A stretch of 64,000 nt of DNA from Longimicrobiales bacterium (GTDB lineage Bacteria > Gemmatimonadota > Gemmatimonadetes > Longimicrobiales > Gaopeijiaceae): positions 2,336,001 to 2,400,000 of the forward strand of contig OZ250165.1 of NCBI GenBank assembly GCA_965238005.1, read 5' to 3'. Both the position numbers and the translations under genes were made by a program. The notes beneath the pieces were generated by a model. That model had not been told where the DNA came from. It was given only the letters and a program-made list of their open reading frames with translations, and searched no databases. Shown here piece after piece: positions 59,137 through 64,000 of the stretch; position 1 is the stretch's first letter; each line of letters opens with the position of its first letter.

Positions 59137-59808
59137 CTATTCGTCCACGATCCAGCCGTCCTTCAGCTGGATGATGCGCTGCCCGTAGGCGGCATAGTCC
59201 TTGTTGTGGGTGACCTGGATGATCGTGGTCCCCTCACGGTTGAGCTGGGCCAGGAGATCCATGATCATGCGGCCCTGGCTGGAGTGGAGGCTGCCCGTGG
59301 GCTCGTCGGCCAGGATCACCTTCGGGTCAGCGATGACGGCCCGGGCCACGGCGACGAGCTGCTGCTGACCGCCAGAGAGCTGGCTCGGATAGAGGTCCTT
59401 CTTCCCCACGATCTGGAACCGATCCAACGAGTCCGCCACGATGGACTGACGCTCCCTGCGCTTCACGTTCCGGTAGGAGAGCGGGATCTCGAGGTTCTCG
59501 TAGACCGTGAGATCGTCGAGCAGGTGATACTGCTGGAAAACGAAGCCGATGTAGCGCTTGTTCAGGTCGATGCGGGCCCGTGGGCGCATGGCGTGCACCG
59601 GCTCGTCGTCGAGCCAGTACTCCCCACGCCAGTCGCCGTCGAGCATCCCGAGAATGGAAAGCAGCGTCGACTTTCCGGCTCCCGAGGGACCCATGATGGT
59701 CACGAAATCGCCCGCCCCGATCTCCAGATCGATCCGTCGCAGGACGAACATCTCGCCCGCCCCGGTCTTGTACGACTTCTCGATTCCCCTCGTCTTTATC
59801 AGTGCCAC
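59137..59808 (-). CDS. ABC transporter ATP-binding protein (LolD/MacB type)
   Basis: 'GPSGAGKST', 'LSGGQQQ', 'LADEPTG'. Confidence 0.95.
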   Translation of the reverse strand: MALIKTRGIEKSYKTGAGEMFVLRRIDLEIGAGDFVTIMGPSGAGKSTLLSILGMLDGDWRGEYWLDDEPVHAMRPRARIDLNKRYIGFVFQQYHLLDDLTVYENLEIPLSYRNVKRRERQSIVADSLDRFQIVGKKDLYPSQLSGGQQQLVAVARAVIADPKVILADEPTGSLHSSQGRMIMDLLAQLNREGTTIIQVTHNKDYAAYGQRIIQLKDGWIVDE

Positions 59809-59866
59809 GGTCCCAGGAGTTGAGTGATTGACTCGATGGCGGGCGTTGGAGACAGGCTTCCCTCAG

Positions 59867-59881
59867 GCAACGATCGTGCCT
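59867..59881 (-). promoter_or_regulatory. sigma54 (-24/-12) promoter
   Basis: AGGCACG-ATCG-TTGC on the minus strand. Imperfect palindrome GTGTCCCAAAATCGAACAC at 59907-59925 upstream. Confidence 0.65.
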
Positions 59882-59994
59882 CCCAAGCTCCCCTCCTCAG
59901 GAGTGGGTGTCCCAAAATCGAACACTTAGGGGAGCCCGTCAACGTCCCCGTCTTTATACGGCGCGTGGGTCGATCAGGATTCAGCTGGCAAACG

Positions 59995-60021
59995 AAAAAG
60001 GGCGGCCCTCGGGCCGCCCTT
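59995..60021 (-). terminator. intrinsic terminator
   Basis: AAGGGCGGCCC / GGGCCGCCCTT hairpin followed by a T-run on the minus strand. Confidence 0.75.
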
Positions 60022-60058
60022 CGCCAACACCCGCATGTTGGATCCTAAATGTTGTCCG

Positions 60059-60820
60059 CTAGACGTCGAAGCCGCTCTCCTCGAGCTCATGCGCATGCTC
60101 GGCCCGCTTCGCGTCCTCCTCGTCGACGACCTGGCCGTCGAAGAGGTGCACCGAGCGCTGCGCCACCGTGGCGTAACGCGGATCGTGCGTCACCATGCAG
60201 ATCGTGGCCCCTTCGTCGTGGAGCTCACGCATCAGGTCCATGACCGCGTTGCCGTTCTTCGAGTCGAGGTTACCGGTCGGCTCGTCCGCCAGCAGGATGA
60301 GGGGCTTGCCCACGATGGCCCGGGCCACGGCCACCCGCTGCTGCTGACCGCCCGAAAGCTGGCTGGGATAGTGGTTCGTCCGGTGGGCCATCCCCACCCG
60401 CTCCAACGACGCATGGACGCGCTCCTTGCGCTCGCTGCCGGCCATGCCGCGATAGGTGAGCGGGAGCTCGACGTTCTCGTAGGCCGTCAGGTCGCCGATC
60501 AGGTTGAATGCCTGGAAGATGAACCCGATAGCCTGGTTGCGGATCTTGGCCCGCTGTGAAGCCGTGAGGTTCGCCGCCGGCTCGCCGTCGAGATGGTACT
60601 CACCGCCCGTGGGCGAATCCAGGAGCCCGAGGATCGACAGCAATGTGGTCTTCCCGCAGCCCGAAGGGCCCGCGATGGAGACGAACTCGCCCGCCGCGAT
60701 GTTCAGATGAATGTCCGACAGAGCGTGGGTCTCCACCTCTTCCGTGTAGAACACCTTGCTCAACCCCTGAAGGTCGATCAGGGCCGCCTCGTTGGTCCTT
60801 TCGCCACCGTTCTCCATCAT
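60059..60820 (-). CDS. ABC transporter ATP-binding protein (LolD/MacB type)
   Basis: 'GPSGCGKTT', 'LSGGQQQRVAVARA', 'LADEPTGNLDS'. Confidence 0.96.
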   Translation of the reverse strand: MMENGGERTNEAALIDLQGLSKVFYTEEVETHALSDIHLNIAAGEFVSIAGPSGCGKTTLLSILGLLDSPTGGEYHLDGEPAANLTASQRAKIRNQAIGFIFQAFNLIGDLTAYENVELPLTYRGMAGSERKERVHASLERVGMAHRTNHYPSQLSGGQQQRVAVARAIVGKPLILLADEPTGNLDSKNGNAVMDLMRELHDEGATICMVTHDPRYATVAQRSVHLFDGQVVDEEDAKRAEHAHELEESGFDV

Positions 60821-60908
60821 CCCTCCGTTCCTGTGAGCCCTTTATGCTGCGTTGAATGTCTTTCCCGGTGGGCCTTACGAATGCTCCCCGGAGCCCGCTT
60901 CACGTCTA

Positions 60909-62162
60909 CTACCTCAAGCGAACCCGATCGAACCCGTCCCACTGGGACATGTCTGAAAGGATCACGATATCGCCGGGTTGGAGTCCTTCCTTCACTTCGA
61001 TCTCGTTGACCGAGCTGGCCCCGAGCATGACGTTGACGCGCTCGGCGTACCGGCCATCCTCCACCAACATGAACATCCCGACCCTCTGGTTGGCCTGGCC
61101 GTAAGCCGGCCTCCCCACGTAGGTCACGTCGTCCAGTCGCTGGATCACCACGTTGCCGTCCACGCTCAGATCCGGTCGGGCGCTCCGCGGCAGCTCAGGC
61201 GGCAGAGCCACGTCGATCGTCACCGTACCGTTCTGGACGGAGGGGTCGATGCGGACCACACGACCCACGATGGTGTCGTTCCGGGTGTCGATGTACGCTA
61301 CCTGGCCGGCCGCGATGTCCTGCGCCTGCGTCTGGGGGATGCGGATCTCCGCCTTCAGGCGCCCCGGCTGCACCACGCGGGCCAGTGTACCACCGGACTG
61401 GACCCACTGGCCCTCGTCCAGCGGCAGTTCCGCGAGGACGCCGGAGACACCAGCCGTCACCTGGAAAGACGCGACCCGGTCCCGGTTGAACTCCACGATG
61501 TCGGACAGCCGGTTGATCTGGATCTGTTGGGCGTCCAACTGGTCGTCGACGGAAGCCTCGAGCACGGCCAACCGCTGCTCCTCGAGCTCGGTGCGCTCCT
61601 CGAGCTCCGTCACCGCATCGCGGGTCCTGGCCAGCTCCGTGCGGGCCACGAGCTGCGCGTTGGTGTCGTAGAGGCGCTGGTTCGTGGCGTGATCCCGCTG
61701 GGCGTTCTGATAGAGTGTGCGCATCTGGACCACCAGTCCGGCCTGCGTGAGGCGCTGCGTCTGCAATGTCGCCCGAAGTTGGATCAGACCCGCTTCGGCG
61801 GTGGAGAGCTGCTGCTGAGCCTGGAGCAGCTGCACCTCGACGTCCGGATTGCTCATCCGGATGATCACCGTGTTCGCGTCGATCTCCGTGCCAGGCAAAA
61901 TCATGATCTGCTCGACCCGGCCGGCCGTGAGCGCCGTGATCCACCGCATCCGCTCAGGCACCAGCGTGCCCGGGCCGCGAACCTGCCTGACCATGGTCCC
62001 GTGCTCGACCGTGTCCATCCAGACGGTGGCGGCGTCCACTCTGGGGGCCGCCGGCTGGAGGTTCCTGAGCACGCTGGTGATCGAGATGACGGCGATGGCC
62101 GCAACCGACCACTGGATCACCCTCTTTCTGGTTTTCGGTTTGGGATCGCGGGGGATGTCCAC
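60909..62162 (-). CDS. efflux periplasmic adaptor (MFP/HlyD family)
   Basis: N-terminal TM helix, 'VRGPGTLVP', long coiled-coil hairpin, 'RIDPSVQNGTV', 'RPDLSVDG'. Confidence 0.92.
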   Translation of the reverse strand: MDIPRDPKPKTRKRVIQWSVAAIAVISITSVLRNLQPAAPRVDAATVWMDTVEHGTMVRQVRGPGTLVPERMRWITALTAGRVEQIMILPGTEIDANTVIIRMSNPDVEVQLLQAQQQLSTAEAGLIQLRATLQTQRLTQAGLVVQMRTLYQNAQRDHATNQRLYDTNAQLVARTELARTRDAVTELEERTELEEQRLAVLEASVDDQLDAQQIQINRLSDIVEFNRDRVASFQVTAGVSGVLAELPLDEGQWVQSGGTLARVVQPGRLKAEIRIPQTQAQDIAAGQVAYIDTRNDTIVGRVVRIDPSVQNGTVTIDVALPPELPRSARPDLSVDGNVVIQRLDDVTYVGRPAYGQANQRVGMFMLVEDGRYAERVNVMLGASSVNEIEVKEGLQPGDIVILSDMSQWDGFDRVRLR

Positions 62163-62229
62163 GATTTCCTCTCTAATGGTTCGACGCCGACTCAGCCGCA
62201 GCCGCTAGACGTAATGGTCGTTATCCGGT

Positions 62230-63756
62230 CTATGCCTCGGGGCGGAGCCTCCGCCCCACTGCGTTCTCCAGGTTCGCCAGCTCGATATGGAACGTGTACA
62301 GCGCGTCGAGATATGCCCGCTCCGCGTCGGCCATCGTGCGCTCCGCGTCGAGCAGCACCAGGAAGTTGTCCGCCCCCAGGCTGTAGCGGGCCCGGGCGAG
62401 CTCCAACTGCTCTCCGGCCACCACACGGTTCCGCTCCTCGACCTGTACCACGTTGTAGGCCGTCGCCAGCGCGTCGTGGGCCGACGTGACCGCTGTCCTG
62501 AGACGGAGCTCCTCGGCGCGACGGAAGTGGACGGCGTCCTCGTAAGCGTTGGCAGCCTGCGACACCTGCCGCTCCCGGCTGAAGCCCGTGAAGACCGGAA
62601 TGCTAATGTTCAGCCGTGCCCGGAAAGGCTGATTATGGAAGTTGAACGGGAAGACCTCGTTGGACGCGAGAATCGCGTCGCGACCGGCATCCGTGAGGAC
62701 GAAGGATGAGCAGTCCTGGGGGAGTCCCGTCAAGGGTATGCTCAAGCCCGAGGAGATCCTGTTGAACATCTCGCAGTCCGCAATGTTCCCCAGGGCTCCG
62801 CGCTCCGCGCCGTTCACCAGGAACTGGCCGTTCTGGATCTGCTGCGTGAAGCCGGACCACTCTCCCTGGAGCGTCACGCTCGGGAAGTAGGAGCTTCTGG
62901 CCTGGCGGAGATTCGCTTTGCGGGCGCCCTCGCTGGCCACGAAGGCCTTGAGCTGTGGATGTGACTCCAGTGCCTGGGAAATCAGCGCCGTATTGGCCCA
63001 CGTCGGCTCGAACACGCGGAACTCGCTCACGAGCTCTACTCGATCCTCTATGTTCAATCCGACGGTCTCCAGGAGGCGAAACGTCTCCACCCGAAGCGCC
63101 GACTCGAATTGGAGCAGCGCCACCGAGTCGCGGCCCATATGTACCTGGGCCTGTTTGGCGTCGGTGACGATGGCGGCCTGGGCGTCCACGCGGGCCTGGG
63201 CGATCTCGAGGTTCTCGATGGATCGCTCCACCTGTCGCCGGGCGACTTCCACCTGATCTCGGGCACGCAGGGCCGTCATGTACTGGAGCGTCACCAGAGA
63301 CTCCATGGTGAACTCCGCTGCGACGGTACGGGCGTGGGTCGCACTACGATCCGCCTTGGCGCTGCTGACCCCGAAGAGTCTGTTTCCGTCAAGCGCGTAC
63401 GACGCCTGGAGCTGATAGAACGAGGTGTAGAGGGCGCCCTGGTCGACGCCCCCGGTGTTGATCGTCCCGATCCGCGATACGCCGGGAGCCCGATAGGACA
63501 TGTTTCCGAAGACCGTCACCGTAGGGACCAACAGATTCGTGACCGCTTCCCTCATGGCCCAGTCCGACGCAGCTTCATCGTTCTGGGTGGCCAAGAAGGT
63601 CGGGTTGTTATCCCGGGCGAGATCGATGGCGACCTGGAGGGTCAGTCGTACCGTTTCCTGCCCGAGCGCCATCGCCGCCGTGGCCATCAGGGCCGCCGCA
63701 GTCATGGTCAGGGCTCGCCTCACATGGTTCATATCGAGATCCAGGACTCGCGTCAC
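62230..63756 (-). CDS. TolC family outer membrane protein
   Basis: Signal peptide, 'LTL..AI.LA..NNP', two OEP repeats. Confidence 0.92.
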   Translation of the reverse strand: MTRVLDLDMNHVRRALTMTAAALMATAAMALGQETVRLTLQVAIDLARDNNPTFLATQNDEAASDWAMREAVTNLLVPTVTVFGNMSYRAPGVSRIGTINTGGVDQGALYTSFYQLQASYALDGNRLFGVSSAKADRSATHARTVAAEFTMESLVTLQYMTALRARDQVEVARRQVERSIENLEIAQARVDAQAAIVTDAKQAQVHMGRDSVALLQFESALRVETFRLLETVGLNIEDRVELVSEFRVFEPTWANTALISQALESHPQLKAFVASEGARKANLRQARSSYFPSVTLQGEWSGFTQQIQNGQFLVNGAERGALGNIADCEMFNRISSGLSIPLTGLPQDCSSFVLTDAGRDAILASNEVFPFNFHNQPFRARLNISIPVFTGFSRERQVSQAANAYEDAVHFRRAEELRLRTAVTSAHDALATAYNVVQVEERNRVVAGEQLELARARYSLGADNFLVLLDAERTMADAERAYLDALYTFHIELANLENAVGRRLRPEA

Positions 63757-63898
63757 GTCCTACCTCCACAGTGCCGCTTGGTGTTGAAAAAGGGGAAAGG
63801 GATTCGACCGGAGCCAGCTAACTTCGCCAACCGCCACTACCGCACCGTGCACCGCACCCTCCGATCGAGTCCCACAGTCCGCATTCATCCACTTCTTA

Positions 63899-63956
63899 GG
63901 AAATCTTCGTGCCAGAGTCTGGAATTTCACTTAACCTATTTCATATCAATGGTTTA
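63899..63956 (-). promoter_or_regulatory. possible sigma54 promoter plus IHF site upstream of tolC
   Basis: TGGCACG-AAGA-TTTC (imperfect -12). TATCAATGGTTTA at 63944-63956 fits WATCAANNNNTTR. Confidence 0.4.
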
Positions 63957-64000
63957 CATGCGCGACACGCCCTTCCGGTATCCCGTTCGATCTGCTCGCC

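Overview
High-GC bacterial chromosome segment. Gene content and protein style suggest Gemmatimonadota (inference, not a database result). Positions 1-14.8 kb are an accessory region. It holds an IS1182, a DUF2161-like gene followed by an attC-like site, nested IS3/IS256 debris, and a decayed SaPI/PICI-like or prophage-derived element. That element has the order integrase, ParB-like, repressor | RHH, xis-like, replication initiator with internal palindromic iterons, DnaB-like helicase, two paralogous unknown genes, terS. It sits next to tRNA-Cys/tRNA-Gly and has been hit by a complete IS3 and a cargo-carrying IS1595. Positions 15-51 kb are mostly housekeeping genes on the minus strand: recN, nadK, dxs, ispA, xseAB, folD, rny, zapAB, pheST, rplT, rpmI, infC, thrS, groESL with CIRCE, coaX, birA, uppP, bshA, miaA, mutL, tatD, secDF and a porin. 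These are interrupted by several MITEs inserted precisely at stop codons, and by a hopanoid gene cluster collapsed by deletions in which only squalene synthase is intact. Positions 51-64 kb carry a REC-GGDEF plus GspE/PilB-REC orphan pair, decaying HEAT-repeat genes fused to further hopanoid fragments (hpnP-like, hpnG-like), and a sigma54-linked TolC/MFP/ABC-ATPase plus two-component cluster that lacks a permease. No CRISPR array or rRNA was seen. All family assignments come from motif recognition by eye.
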